DNA from: Candidatus Bathyarchaeota archaeon
GTDB taxonomy: Archaea; Thermoproteota; Bathyarchaeia; 40CM-2-53-6
DNA length: 64,000 bases
Reading direction: 5' to 3'
NCBI GenBank assembly: GCA_005883075.1
Contig: VBAX01000047.1
Span: forward strand, 29,598 to 93,597
Of the stretch, positions 39,437-50,058 are shown one piece after another (the stretch's first letter is position 1; each line of letters starts with the position of its first letter). Made by a program: the position numbers and the translations under genes. The notes under the pieces were generated by a model that was given only the letters and a program-made list of their open reading frames with translations, searched no databases and had not been told where the DNA came from.

Positions 39437-40933
39437 TTGACCCCGCTCCCTGAGAAGCCTGCGCGACAGAAGGGACTGAAGAGAACTATTGGAATTGGCG
39501 GGTTGTTCTCCATTGGATATGCTGACGTTGGAGCCGGGATATATCTTGCCCTGAGCTTGGTTGCGTTACATGCAGGTTACGCCACTCCGATAGCAATCGG
39601 AATTGCGGCTATCGCCTATTTTCTGACAGGACTCACCTACGCGGAATTATCTTCAACGTATCCCACCGCGGGAGGGTCAGCGGCATTCGGCCGAGCAGCA
39701 TTTGGAGACACCGTGAGTTTCCTCGCGGGGTGGATGCTCTGCTTGGACTATGTCGTCACCGCGGCAATCTTCTCCATCCCAGCTATCGGCTACCTATCCT
39801 ATTTCACGCCGCTCCTCAAAGAGCCTATCTGGCTGGGTACAGGAGCGATCGTCCTCCTGGTCAGTCTTCTTCTTCTAAACGTAGTCGGAATCAAAGAGTC
39901 CGCGAATTTCACCTTCGGGCTTAGCATTCTCAGCCTGCTCAGCGAGATCGCGCTCATCATTCTCGGCCTCGCGCTGGTGATACCTAACGGCAGCCTCTTC
40001 CACTGGCCTCAAACGTTCAACCTCGGCACCATGCCCACGTGGTCCCAGCTCATTCAAGGGATAACCCTGGCCATGGTCTCCTATCTTGGAATAGAAGCGC
40101 TGGCCCAGGCAGCAGAGGAAACGAAGATTGCGGGAAAGACTATTCCTCGAGCAACGATGCTGACTCTAGTAATTGTAATTGCACTCTATCTCGCAATTTC
40201 CTTGGTTGCGGTCAATGTGGTTCCGCCGACAATTTTGTCGAGCACATGGAAGAACGATCCTCTCTCAGGAGTTGCAAGTAATCTACCTGGAACGGGTGCA
40301 CTCATCACGGGTTGGATCGCGCTATTGGGAAGTGCCATCAGCATTATTGGGGCGAACGCTGGGATCATCGGGTCTTCGAGAACTCTCTTCGCGCTGTCTC
40401 GATACAGGCTACTTCCAAGACGATTCGGTCAGATACATCCTAAGTTCAGAACTCCTTACATCGCCGTAATGACTTTCGGCATCGGGAGCATACTTTTGGT
40501 CCTATTCAGCACATTCGTCTATCTAACCGGCGGCGAGGACCCTCTCGTCTTACTGGGAAGCCTCTACAATGTAGGAGCTCTTGTCGCATATGTCTCCGCG
40601 CATGCGAGTCTCATTGTCACCCGCAACACCGACAGACCGAGATTCAGACCCTTCAGGGTGCCGCTTACGCTCCGTTTCAAGAAGAAAACTGGAGTGCTGG
40701 AACTTCCTATCTTACCGCTGGTCGGATTGTTGGCCACCAGCGCGATATGGGTGGCGGTGATTGTGACGCACGAGTTGGGGAGGGAACTGGGCATTGTTTG
40801 GGTCGTTATGGGAATGGGATTGTACATCTACTTTAGACGGAAGAATCGCTTGCCCCTCCGCGGACGTGCGCCTCCGGAGCCCCGGGAAGTGTCTAGCCCT
40901 GGGAAAGGAGAAATGCCTATTCTGTCTCCTTGA
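39437..40933 (+). CDS. APC family permease
   Basis: VGAGIY, YAELSSTYPTAGG, SYLGIE, SSRTLFAL, HPKFRTPY; about 12 TM segments. Confidence 0.92.
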   Translation: MTPLPEKPARQKGLKRTIGIGGLFSIGYADVGAGIYLALSLVALHAGYATPIAIGIAAIAYFLTGLTYAELSSTYPTAGGSAAFGRAAFGDTVSFLAGWMLCLDYVVTAAIFSIPAIGYLSYFTPLLKEPIWLGTGAIVLLVSLLLLNVVGIKESANFTFGLSILSLLSEIALIILGLALVIPNGSLFHWPQTFNLGTMPTWSQLIQGITLAMVSYLGIEALAQAAEETKIAGKTIPRATMLTLVIVIALYLAISLVAVNVVPPTILSSTWKNDPLSGVASNLPGTGALITGWIALLGSAISIIGANAGIIGSSRTLFALSRYRLLPRRFGQIHPKFRTPYIAVMTFGIGSILLVLFSTFVYLTGGEDPLVLLGSLYNVGALVAYVSAHASLIVTRNTDRPRFRPFRVPLTLRFKKKTGVLELPILPLVGLLATSAIWVAVIVTHELGRELGIVWVVMGMGLYIYFRRKNRLPLRGRAPPEPREVSSPGKGEMPILSP

Positions 40934-41240
40934 GCCTTTTCTCTATGAAGTCTAACTGTTTTGTAAGGAACTTCTTGTATGTTCTGAGAAGCTTCACCTG
41001 CTGAGGCTTCGTCTGCTTGTCGATTGTGGTCATGGTCCGACGGAAAGTCTCAACAGTCTCTTCTAGTCCGGCTGACACTTTTGGACCCGTGTCTTGCACG
41101 AATTTCTCTGTAGAAGTTTTGAGTGTCTTGCTTGCAGCAACTAGGTCCCTGCTCAATTGTTGGAGGTCTTTTCGCATGGCCTCGAGGGCTTCCTTAGCCT
41201 CGCGGCGCACTTCATCTCGCCTATTCTTCTTTTCTGACAT
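40917..41240 (-). CDS. small charged alpha-helical (coiled-coil-like) protein
   Basis: likely ATG at 41240 (MSEKKNRR); amphipathic K/E-rich helices. Confidence 0.65.
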   Translation of the reverse strand: MSEKKNRRDEVRREAKEALEAMRKDLQQLSRDLVAASKTLKTSTEKFVQDTGPKVSAGLEETVETFRRTMTTIDKQTKPQQVKLLRTYKKFLTKQLDFIEKRLKETE

Positions 41241-41333
41241 CTCTGACTCTGAGAATTGGCATCTGAAGATAAAGCTTCGAATTTGAACGGTTTTATCTGA
41301 ATTCATATTAGACTCGTGGTTGGGCTGCGGAGC

Positions 41334-41753
41334 ATGAAAGGGGTTCGGGACAAGGTTTACTCAGCGTGGAAAGAGGGGAAACCTCCTAGCCCTGCGATCG
41401 GGACGCTGGGGATTAGAGTTCGCAGCATAGAAGAGAGCAGAACGGTCCTCGAAATGGACGTGGACGAGCATTTGCACAACTTGTCCGGGACGATGCATGG
41501 GGGAGTCATGGTGGATATTGCGGATGCTGCGATGGGGATTGCGGTGGCGTCGACCCTGAAGCCCGATGAAGATATGACTACTATCGAGTTGAAGATGAGT
41601 TTCATGCGCCCTCACGTCAAGGGGCGGTTGGTTGCGGAGGGGACGATTGCCAAGAGGGGCCGGCGTATCGCCTTCACCGAGGCCGTTCTCACGAACGTGA
41701 AGAAGGAGATCGTAGCGAAGTGTAGCGGGACGTGGCTAATAATGCCCGCTTAG
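41334..41753 (+). CDS. PaaI family thioesterase
   Basis: N..GTMHGG...IAD..MG hot-dog motif, TIELKMSFMRP. Confidence 0.9.
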   Translation: MKGVRDKVYSAWKEGKPPSPAIGTLGIRVRSIEESRTVLEMDVDEHLHNLSGTMHGGVMVDIADAAMGIAVASTLKPDEDMTTIELKMSFMRPHVKGRLVAEGTIAKRGRRIAFTEAVLTNVKKEIVAKCSGTWLIMPA

Positions 41754-41765
41754 CTTGGCCTTGCC

Positions 41766-42590
41766 ATGTCGTCAAAGCGTCCTGTTGAACTCGGTAGAGA
41801 CGCGAGGCTCTTCCTCCTCTTCCTATCAGAAATCAATCTTGTAATGGGGGCTCTGTTCTTTGTCTATCCGAGCCTGGTGATCGGTCTATGGCCTTGGACT
41901 GTGAAGGCGTTGGCGGTACGGTTCATCGGCGCGATATTCCTAGCGATTGCGTTTGGCTGCTGGTCCGCTCTCAGAGCTAAGATCTGGCAGAGAGCGAAGA
42001 TTCTCGTGCTAGTCGGAGGAACGTTCTTCGGAATCACATCGATCGTCGCGATCGTCCTCGCGGCCTCACAAGGTGGCGGATACGTTATCTCCGGTTGGAC
42101 GGGATATTTCCTCGTCGCAAGTCTCGGAAATTTCTACCTGTTGAACCGATATGGTTGGCCCCGGAAGCCTCAAGATAGATTGAGTGCTGGCCGACCTTGG
42201 AAGACCGCCCGTTGGTTCTTCCGGATACAAACTGTCGTTGTCGGGGTGTTCGGCATCATGATGCTCTTGCTACCGGATGTCGCCCAGCGCGAGTTTTGGC
42301 CTTGGCTGGTAGCAACACCTACTCTGCAAATGTTCGCAGGCTTGTTCTTGGCCACTTGTCTCGCAACTGGTTGGGCCTCGTTGCAGACGGATATCGGTAG
42401 GGTCAGGGTTTTACTGCCTCTGGACGTGATCTTTCCAAGCCTCGCACTGTTGGCTGTGGGGATCCACTGGGATGTAATATTAAGCCAAAGCCCCAGTGCG
42501 CTAGTGACCGGAGTGTGGGTCTTCATCTACGCTTTCGTAGCAGTAGGTTCTGCTTACCTCTACTTCTACTCTAGAAAAATAGTGATGTAA
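41766..42590 (+). CDS. 8-TM membrane protein with internal duplication
   Basis: two halves each with P....WPW.V..L...F.GxFLA. Confidence 0.75.
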   Translation: MSSKRPVELGRDARLFLLFLSEINLVMGALFFVYPSLVIGLWPWTVKALAVRFIGAIFLAIAFGCWSALRAKIWQRAKILVLVGGTFFGITSIVAIVLAASQGGGYVISGWTGYFLVASLGNFYLLNRYGWPRKPQDRLSAGRPWKTARWFFRIQTVVVGVFGIMMLLLPDVAQREFWPWLVATPTLQMFAGLFLATCLATGWASLQTDIGRVRVLLPLDVIFPSLALLAVGIHWDVILSQSPSALVTGVWVFIYAFVAVGSAYLYFYSRKIVM

Positions 42591-42753
42591 TTTAGAAGAA
42601 TGCCTGATCTCGGCAAACGAGATCTACTCACGAAAAGTCTACTGAGAACAAGAAGCTAACGGGGCCGCGACGCGGATGGTCCCGTGGACGGGCGCTTCGC
42701 GTTCAAACTCTTGATCTAAATATCCCGATCGCCATTGTCGTAGCAGTTGGAAA

Positions 42754-43077
42754 ATGGCATCGCAAGTACCGTTGCTTACGCTAGCGAAATTCCTGGTCCT
42801 GATCGGAGGCGTCGTTCTCTTGGTCGGGGGAATATTGCAGGCTATTGACGTGAGACTAATGGATTTCGGTACCAACTTGGCCCGATTAGGAAGTTTCACA
42901 GGGATAGTCGTAGGAATCCTCGTAGGAATATTGGCACTAGTTGGATCAAGGGAGGTTGCCAATCCGGCATGGAGCCTCATCCTTCTAATACTCGGCTTAT
43001 TCGTTGGAAGCCTCGGCGGCATACTGGTCTTCATCGGAGGGCTGATCGGCCTCGTCGCCCACTACGTGAAGGTCTAA
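42754..43077 (+). CDS. small Gly-rich membrane protein
   Basis: GGxxxLxGG helices, similar to 54326-54847. Confidence 0.7.
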   Translation: MASQVPLLTLAKFLVLIGGVVLLVGGILQAIDVRLMDFGTNLARLGSFTGIVVGILVGILALVGSREVANPAWSLILLILGLFVGSLGGILVFIGGLIGLVAHYVKV

Positions 43078-43108
43078 CGAGCCGATAGGTTCGAAAAACG
43101 AGGGTAAG

Positions 43109-43318
43109 ATGTTGGAGATAGAAGTATACAATTGCGGTTGCAAGGTCCGCATCTATGCGGTGGAGTTCGGGGAGTCAAAGAACGACCTCACAGAGCGACC
43201 TAGCGTTATTTCAGATTACAGCCCTTGTTCCAAGCACCGGAATGCGCGTAGGATTCCGCCTCAAGAGGCTCGCCTCTTGAAGGTAAGGGGCGAACATGAG
43301 GCCTTTCTGAACGAGTAA
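43109..43318 (+). CDS. small hypothetical protein
   Basis: ATG with GAGGGT upstream, CGC and CSKH motifs. Confidence 0.5.
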   Translation: MLEIEVYNCGCKVRIYAVEFGESKNDLTERPSVISDYSPCSKHRNARRIPPQEARLLKVRGEHEAFLNE

Positions 43319-43371
43319 AGACCCGCTTTCATTAGTGATTCACTCTTATTATTCGGTCGATGGCGCGGACC

Positions 43372-43842
43372 CTAGTTCTTTTTCCTATGCAGTAGATAGA
43401 GCGCTCCGAGTAGAACGGATACTGAAACAGCTCCGAATAGGATTGGGTTCGAGGACGCAAGTTGAAAGCCGACCTGAACTGCTGGGCTCTCTGTGACCCC
43501 TCTCAAGTACGGTATTTCGTAGGCTCCTGTAACATATCCGTATAGCCACACAGCTGCGAATCCTCCCAGAAAGATTACGAGTGCACCACGAGCGGAACCT
43601 CGATTTCGGGGTCTGGCCTCGACAGCAGTCGCGTTAGGTCCCTGGAACTGGGCTGCCTCTTCCGTCTCAGGAGCGGTTTCTTCGGGCTCTTGTGGGTGTG
43701 CGTGTTTGGTCAGACTGGTCAAAATATCATCCCTCGTAACGTTGGCCGCTCGAGGTATGGAAGAACCCTCAGGTCGCTTGCTCTGGCCGGAAAAACTGAA
43801 CCGGTGTCGTGGCCTCGGGGGTTTCTTCGAATCTGACCCCAA
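43372..43842 (-). CDS. 2-TM membrane protein with disordered N-terminus
   Basis: two C-terminal hydrophobic helices. Confidence 0.6.
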   Translation of the reverse strand: MGSDSKKPPRPRHRFSFSGQSKRPEGSSIPRAANVTRDDILTSLTKHAHPQEPEETAPETEEAAQFQGPNATAVEARPRNRGSARGALVIFLGGFAAVWLYGYVTGAYEIPYLRGVTESPAVQVGFQLASSNPILFGAVSVSVLLGALYLLHRKKN

Positions 43843-44074
43843 AGTTTGCTTTCCCCCATTATTCCATAGGCTTCGTTCGATTTGGGTGTAGACGTACTGT
43901 CGAGCCTCGGGCCTCGGACAGAGGTAACCTCTCGGTGCACATCACATAGAGTGGTCCGCTTTGGGACTCTCATGTTCAGAAAAATTGACGGTTCGGGCCG
44001 ATTTCATGTTCTGTTCAATAGTGAAGAACATGAAACCCGTTAAATCCATGTCCTGTGGAGTTGGTGGTCTAGCA

Positions 44075-44650
44075 ATGTCCAAACTAGGCGCGGTAAACTT
44101 TCCCAGGATCAACATGATTTCCCTTCTAGCCGGAGCTCTCGCGCTTGCCAGCGTCTTTCTTCCCTGGTGGGGTATAGACGCATCCGGCTTCGGTTCCTCC
44201 GTCTCCTCCCGCTGGACTCTCTGGAACGGACCCTCAACGGACAGTATCTTTAGAGGTTCAACGCAGCCATATCCGACCTTGACCTCAGCAAGCCCGATAA
44301 TCGGGGCCCTAGTAGTAATCTCCGGTCTTCTGGCTATTGCGGGAAGTTTCACTTGGAATATTCGGCCTCTGATTGGGAGCTTCATACTCAGCGTTCTGAC
44401 GCCTATCGTGTATCTGGGAGTGGTCAGCTATTCTGTCACGAACTCCTGCGGTGGCCAGTCGAACTGTCTGAGCGGACCCTTCGGTACAGAAACTGTTTTC
44501 GGAATTACTCTGAACTGGGGCTTCCAATTAGGCTTCTATCTCTACCTTTTTGCTGGAGCTCTGACGCTGGTCGGGCTGGGCTTCCATCGAATCTTTCACA
44601 AGACAACTTCAACACTCGAGGCTTCCCAAGTTTCCGCGGGCCCGAGCTAG
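44075..44650 (+). CDS. 4-TM membrane protein
   Basis: FLPWW motif, WG..LGFYL near C-terminus; likely ATG 44075. Confidence 0.7.
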   Translation: MSKLGAVNFPRINMISLLAGALALASVFLPWWGIDASGFGSSVSSRWTLWNGPSTDSIFRGSTQPYPTLTSASPIIGALVVISGLLAIAGSFTWNIRPLIGSFILSVLTPIVYLGVVSYSVTNSCGGQSNCLSGPFGTETVFGITLNWGFQLGFYLYLFAGALTLVGLGFHRIFHKTTSTLEASQVSAGPS

Positions 44651-44763
44651 GCTCAGGTCCAAGTTGCGAGGCCCATTGTCGTCGGGCCGGAGTATGTTCT
44701 AAATTGGGGGAATTACCTGGTACCATTGAACCGGTGTTAGTCCTCTGTCAGCGACACATGCCG

Positions 44764-45608
44764 ATGCCCAAGTTTTGGTTTTCTTAGGTACGGGTGGCGC
44801 AGATTGTACTCCCCGAGTTGGATGTTTGTGCGACATATGCACGGAAGCTCGTCGAAAGAAGGGAAGATATGCTCGTAACGGGCCTGGTGTTTTCTTTACC
44901 GGTATCGATTTGCTTCTTGATACTCCGGAAGACGTCGCCCACAGTCTGGAAAGGGAGGATATTCATCACGTGTCCCATCTGCTCTACCGTCACTGGCATC
45001 CGGATCATACGATGGGTCGCCGGGTTCTAGAACAGCTCAATCTGAACCTTCGAAAGAGAACGAAAACGATCACTGACGTGTGGCTACCGTCATGAGTCCG
45101 CGAGGACTTTCGAAAAATGCTTGGTCTGGAGGATCATTTCCAGTTCTTTGTGAAGATGGGGATTGTGCGGATTCACGAGTTCGAGGAGGGTGAAGCGGTC
45201 AAGCTTGGCGAGGCAACCGTGAAGGCTTTTCGTATGGCTCAGCCGGGTCTCGCTTCGTATCTAGTTCAACAGGGTGGGAAACGGGTCGTGCTCGCTCTCG
45301 ACGAGATTAAGGATTGGGATCCTGGGAGTGAGCTGTTGGAGCCAGATGTACTGGTCCTCGAGACTGGCTGGTTTGAACAAGATAAGGAGGGCGAGCAGAT
45401 CATCCCAACTGATCACTGGATTCGCAAGTCAGAAGCTTCTTTCGAAGAGACCCTCGAACTCGTCGAGAAAATCAATCCAAGATTGGCGATTGCAACGCAC
45501 ATTGAAGAGTTGAACGGGCGCTCTTACGTTGACTATCTTGAACTTGAGAAGGGGTTCAAGAAATACAGGTTGCGCTTTGCGTATGATGGGTTTCGAGTCT
45601 CCCTCTGA
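44764..45608 (+). pseudogene. disrupted MBL-fold (PhnP-like) hydrolase
   Basis: FLGTGG..PRVGCLCDIC and HWHPDH motifs; in-frame TGA at 45093-45095 splits two same-frame ORFs; apparent frameshift just after ATG CCC AAG. Confidence 0.75.
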
Positions 45609-45705
45609 AGATAGTCGCGAGGTTTGAATCTCGACATCCAAGCTCGAGCGAAAAGTAGGCTCAGGGCTGGGAATGTTAACATAACGCCTGCGAGTTTGGG
45701 ATGCC

Positions 45706-46683
45706 ATGTCTGGACAGAGGACTCTCTCCCTTGCGACAAGAGAGTTCGATCCCACCGACTATGCGAGGCTGGCTGAGATTTACAATGCGAACTATCCAGA
45801 CTATCCTCGTAGTGTCGGCGAGTGGCGTTCTAGGGATGAGAGCTTGGACAGGTCGAAGTACTATCTGCAAAGATACTCCTTTCTCGAGAATGATGTGATT
45901 GTCGGATTCGGGGTTGTGTCGCATGTTACTGACATGTTTCATCCGCGCAAGTTCTGGGTCGAGATACTTGTCGATCCACTATCGCAGGGAAGAGGAATTG
46001 GGGCCGCGATCTATGAGAGACTAGGTGGCGAACTGAGCAAACTGAACGCTGTTACGGCCTGGGCTGGAGGCAGAGAAGATCTGCCGAGACTCACCGGTTT
46101 CTATCAGCGGCGAGGTTTCATGGAGAAGCAGATTGCGTGGGAGTCACGTCTTGACGTGTCCAGTGTGGACTTTGAGCAATTCCGAGAGTATCCTGAGACG
46201 GTGCAGAGGCAGGGAATCACACTTACGACTCTCGCTGAAGCGCGGAGGGAAGGTCAAGATTCACTGAAGAAGCTTCACGAGCTTGTCCAGATTATCTCTG
46301 CTGACATGCCAAGTATAGCGTCTTTCACGCCGACCTCGTACGAACAGTGGGAGGCGTTCGAGCTCAAGAATCCGAATCTCCTGCCTGAGGGTTACATGAT
46401 AGCGAAGGACGGTTCCAACTATGTTGGACTCAGCACCGTCTGGCGCATCGATAAGGAGCCGAGAGGCCTCGTCCAGGGAAACACGGGTGTCAGGCGTGAA
46501 TATCGTGGTAGGGGAATAGCAATCGCGTTGAAGCTGGGAGTCATCGATTTCGCGAGACGGAACGGGTACGAGAAGGTGAAGACATGGAACGCATCCGATA
46601 ATGCACCTATGCTAGCGGTCAACACAAAGCTCGGCTTCAAGCGAGAAGTTGGCTGGATAATGCTGGAAAAGAACCTCGCCTGA
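45706..46683 (+). CDS. tandem GNAT acetyltransferase
   Basis: two motifs: VDPLSQGRGIG and TGVRREYRGRGIA..N.PMLAVN.KLGF. Confidence 0.9.
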   Translation: MSGQRTLSLATREFDPTDYARLAEIYNANYPDYPRSVGEWRSRDESLDRSKYYLQRYSFLENDVIVGFGVVSHVTDMFHPRKFWVEILVDPLSQGRGIGAAIYERLGGELSKLNAVTAWAGGREDLPRLTGFYQRRGFMEKQIAWESRLDVSSVDFEQFREYPETVQRQGITLTTLAEARREGQDSLKKLHELVQIISADMPSIASFTPTSYEQWEAFELKNPNLLPEGYMIAKDGSNYVGLSTVWRIDKEPRGLVQGNTGVRREYRGRGIAIALKLGVIDFARRNGYEKVKTWNASDNAPMLAVNTKLGFKREVGWIMLEKNLA

Positions 46684-46853
46684 AAAACGTTAAGGCAACG
46701 TTTCTTGGTCCGTTTTCACATCTTCGCGTCCTCCTCGACGGAGTAGGTACTCCGAGAAACAAGTCACTTCGAGGCTGAGGCTCTGGTAACGACCAGCAAA
46801 TTGCCGGACTATGTCTGTCTTGTATGGAATACTAAGGGCAGGGATGCGGGGAC

Positions 46854-47114
46854 TTGGCGACCTGGGAAGAACCTAGAGAACTGGACACTGACAATGAGGC
46901 TGTGATCAGCCTCTACGACGGCATCAAGAAAATACTGGAAAAACAGCCGAAGCCCAAGTCCAAGCCAAGCTCTGGCATCCCGAGAGAAGCAAGACACATC
47001 TTACGTTGCGGTCGAATCCTCAAGGTCGATATCGAACGGAAACTCATCGTTATTACTGTCATGAAAACGGACGGCGAGCTTCACCAGCTTCGAATAGAAG
47101 CCAACCAAGACTAA
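46854..47114 (+). CDS. small hypothetical protein
   Basis: 86-aa ORF with protein-like composition filling an intergenic gap. Confidence 0.55.
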   Translation: MATWEEPRELDTDNEAVISLYDGIKKILEKQPKPKSKPSSGIPREARHILRCGRILKVDIERKLIVITVMKTDGELHQLRIEANQD

Positions 47115-47166
47115 CCGAACACCGGATCGGATCTAGGGATACTTTCGGAATACTCCGTTTCTCCCT

Positions 47167-47383
47167 CTCTTGTGACGCGAGGGTCGGTCGCTAAGACCCC
47201 CTATTTTCTAGAAAAGATTTCCTGTCTGGCATAGATAATCGGCGAGTCTCGCGATTCAGGGCACGATCCGGGCTTAGATGTGATCGCAAAAAACGGGAAG
47301 TCTAGCGCCATTCCCGAACGATTCAGGGGGCGAGATAGGGGTGTGGTCCCAGATTCGGGATCAGGGCTGATTTTGGGCGATCC
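47167..47383 (-). repeat. dispersed ~210-bp intergenic repeat, copy C
   Basis: reverse complement contains AGAAAATAGGGGGTCTTAGCGACCGACCCTCGCGTC, identical to 14036-14071, plus the upstream blocks. Confidence 0.9.
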
Positions 47384-47410
47384 AAGACGCATAATTCCCT
47401 CTAGGTAACG

Positions 47411-48991
47411 TCACACGTCGCGCCTTACCCGGTATTCTCCGAAGGCGTCTCTTAGAACTTCGCTGATTTCACCGACGGTGCAGTTTGCCCGGACGGCGCT
47501 TAAGATGCGATTCACGAGATTCTCTTCGTGCTTCGCAGAACTGGAAAGGCGTCCAAGAGCATTTTTGACCAGCGCAGTATTTCTCGTTCCTTTCATCATC
47601 TTCAGCTGTCTTATCTGATCTCTCTCGAGCTTGGGGTCGATGCGCTGGATTTTTGGTCCACTGCTTCCCTCGGTAAACTTGTTGACTCCGACAATAATCG
47701 TTCGTCCTTCGTCAACAGATTTCTGGAACCTGTAAGCGCTTTCCTGTATCTCGCGATGGACAAATCCGGATTCTATCGCCTTTCTCGCGCCACCTAAATC
47801 TTCCACTTTCTCTAAGAGACGAGTCGCGTCGGCCTCAAGATCTCTTGTCAAGGATTCCAGATAGTAGCTACCGGCTAGTGGATCCGCCGTTTTGGTCACT
47901 CCTGATTCGTGGGCAATTATCTGCTGGGTACGCAAGGCAATTTGAACCGACTCTTCGGTTGGCAGAGAGAGTGCCTCGTCCCTGGAATTTGTATGCAGAG
48001 ATTGTGTTCCACCGAGAACTCCTGCAAGGGCTTGGATTGCGACCCGGACAATGTTGTTGTCAGGCTGTTGGGCGGTCAAAGTCTCACCACTTGTCTGGGT
48101 GTGAAATCGTAGCTTGCAGGATTCAGGATCCCGGGCTTTGAAACGGTCCTTCATGATCCGGGCCCAGATTCTACGCGCAGCTCTGAATTTCGCGATCTCC
48201 TCCAAGAAATCATTCCTGCAGGCAAAGAAGAAAGAAAGTTGGGGGGCGAACTGGTCTATCTTGAGCCCTCGTTCAAGAGCCGCCTTAACGTATTCGATCG
48301 CGTTTGCAAAACAAAAGCCTAGTTCCTGGATCGCGTTCGCGCCCGACTCGCGAATATGATAGCCACTGATGCTGATCGGGTGCCACCGGGGCATCTTGTA
48401 GGCGCAGTATTCTATGAGATCGACGGAGAGCTTTAGCGATGATTCTGGAGGATAGATGTAGGTATTCCTTGCGATGTACTCCTTCAGAATATCATTCTGT
48501 GTCGTTCCCGTTAACTTGTTCTGAGGGACCCCCTGTTCCATTCCAACCGCGACGTAGAGAGAAAGCAGGATTGGTGCGGTGGCGTTGATTGTCATGCTAG
48601 TGCTGACCTTTCCAAGGTCGATGCCCTCGAAGAGACGCCTCATGTCATAGACGCTACTTATTGCAACTCCCACTCTCCCAACTTCTCCAGCAGCCCTTGG
48701 ATAGTCTGAGTCGAGACCGAGCTGTGTTGGCAGGTCGAATGCTGTGCTGAGCCCGGTCTCACCGTGAGATATCAGATACTTGAAGCGGCGATTAGTTTCT
48801 TTGGCAGACCCGAAACCCGTGTATTGACGCATGGTCCAAAGCCGATCCCGATACATTCCATCGTAGATCCCACGCGTGTATGGGAACTGGCCCGGTTTCC
48901 CCAGTGACCTTGTCCAGTTCGGTGGAACATCCTTTTTCTCGTAGATTTTTTTGACGAGGATCCCAGAGTCTGTTGTTACAGGGTCGGTCAA
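47411..48991 (-). CDS. methylmalonyl-CoA mutase, large (substrate-binding) subunit
   Basis: WTMRQYTGFG (Tyr), [14 protein letters not shown] (Arg), [16 protein letters not shown]; no B12-binding domain. Confidence 0.93.
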   Translation of the reverse strand: MTDPVTTDSGILVKKIYEKKDVPPNWTRSLGKPGQFPYTRGIYDGMYRDRLWTMRQYTGFGSAKETNRRFKYLISHGETGLSTAFDLPTQLGLDSDYPRAAGEVGRVGVAISSVYDMRRLFEGIDLGKVSTSMTINATAPILLSLYVAVGMEQGVPQNKLTGTTQNDILKEYIARNTYIYPPESSLKLSVDLIEYCAYKMPRWHPISISGYHIRESGANAIQELGFCFANAIEYVKAALERGLKIDQFAPQLSFFFACRNDFLEEIAKFRAARRIWARIMKDRFKARDPESCKLRFHTQTSGETLTAQQPDNNIVRVAIQALAGVLGGTQSLHTNSRDEALSLPTEESVQIALRTQQIIAHESGVTKTADPLAGSYYLESLTRDLEADATRLLEKVEDLGGARKAIESGFVHREIQESAYRFQKSVDEGRTIIVGVNKFTEGSSGPKIQRIDPKLERDQIRQLKMMKGTRNTALVKNALGRLSSSAKHEENLVNRILSAVRANCTVGEISEVLRDAFGEYRVRRDV

Positions 48992-49938
48992 GCGTGTTCT
49001 CCTAGCTTGGATATGATTTCCACAAGTCTCGATGCAGCTGTCTCTGGATCAAGTTCACGTTTGACAACTCTTCCGACTAGAGCGTCGAGTTCTTTCTGAT
49101 CTCCGAGACGCTTGACGGTCTGATGATAGAAATCTGAGAAAGCGGCATCTACCAGCTCGGACTGGATCCTTTTGCTCAATCTTTTCTCCCTGAGGCTTCC
49201 AGTCTCCAAATGCTTCCGGAATTTTTCGATTGCATCAACAACCGCAGGGACACCTGTTCCCTTGACCGCCACAGTCTTCAGAACCGGTGGCCTCCATCCA
49301 TCTCTCTCTTGCAGACCGCTTGCGATGTTGTAGATCGTCTTCGCTGGGTTGACCAGGTCTGACTTGTTGATGACGAACAGGTCGCCAATCTCAGCGAAGC
49401 CTGCCTTGAACGCCTGAACCTCATCGCCTAGCTGAGGCATCAGAACGACAATCGTGGCGTCCACTGTCGACGCGATTTGTACCTCCGTCTGGCCTGCTCC
49501 CACAGTCTCCACGATGATAACGTCCATCCCGGCTGCATCCAGTACTCGTATCGTGTTTCTCGCGGCTCGAGCGAGTCCACCCAGGTCACCTCGAGAGGCC
49601 ATGCTCCGAATGTAGACTTTCTTCTCCAGGCTATGGTCCATCATCCTCACCCGGTCCCCCAGCAACGCACCACCAGTGAACGCGCTGGACGGGTCGATTG
49701 CTAGAACTCCAACGCTACGTTCTCTCTCTCGATACTCTCCAACTATCTTGTCCACGAGAGTGCTCTTGCCAGTCCCAGTCGGACCAGTAACGCCGATGGT
49801 GAAGGCCTTGCCCGTATGCGGATACAATTCTTGAATCAGCTTTCGGCTCGGCTCTCCGCCAGCCTCGACTATCGAGATCGCCTTGGCAACAGCGCGATGC
49901 TCACTCTTGAGCACTTGAGAAGATAGCTCCCGAGCCAA
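48988..49938 (-). CDS. meaB: methylmalonyl-CoA mutase-associated GTPase MeaB/ArgK
   Basis: [35 protein letters not shown]. Confidence 0.95.
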   Translation of the reverse strand: MARELSSQVLKSEHRAVAKAISIVEAGGEPSRKLIQELYPHTGKAFTIGVTGPTGTGKSTLVDKIVGEYRERERSVGVLAIDPSSAFTGGALLGDRVRMMDHSLEKKVYIRSMASRGDLGGLARAARNTIRVLDAAGMDVIIVETVGAGQTEVQIASTVDATIVVLMPQLGDEVQAFKAGFAEIGDLFVINKSDLVNPAKTIYNIASGLQERDGWRPPVLKTVAVKGTGVPAVVDAIEKFRKHLETGSLREKRLSKRIQSELVDAAFSDFYHQTVKRLGDQKELDALVGRVVKRELDPETAASRLVEIISKLGEHA

Positions 49939-50058
49939 GTGAAATTCTCAGTTCTGCTCTCGCCTCTAGAGCGTATTTCAAGATTCGGCGATGAAGGGCG
50001 TCAGGATAATGGAAAAATAGGAACCTACGGGCATCTTCTATTGTTTCGTGATCGTGTT

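Noticed and set aside
45093..45095. Selenocysteine or Trp recoding of TGA
   Set aside because: Not in a Cys-type motif, a second lesion is present at the 5' end, and TGA is a normal stop in many genes here.
47201..47392. Small ORFs over repeat copies (also 13915-14157, 29774-29989, 58700-58993)
   Set aside because: Reading frame and strand are not conserved among copies, so they are treated as spurious.
49939..50058. N-terminal extension of the second mutase from GTG 49939
   Set aside because: It would leave no room for divergent promoters with meaB; TTG 50059 is preferred.
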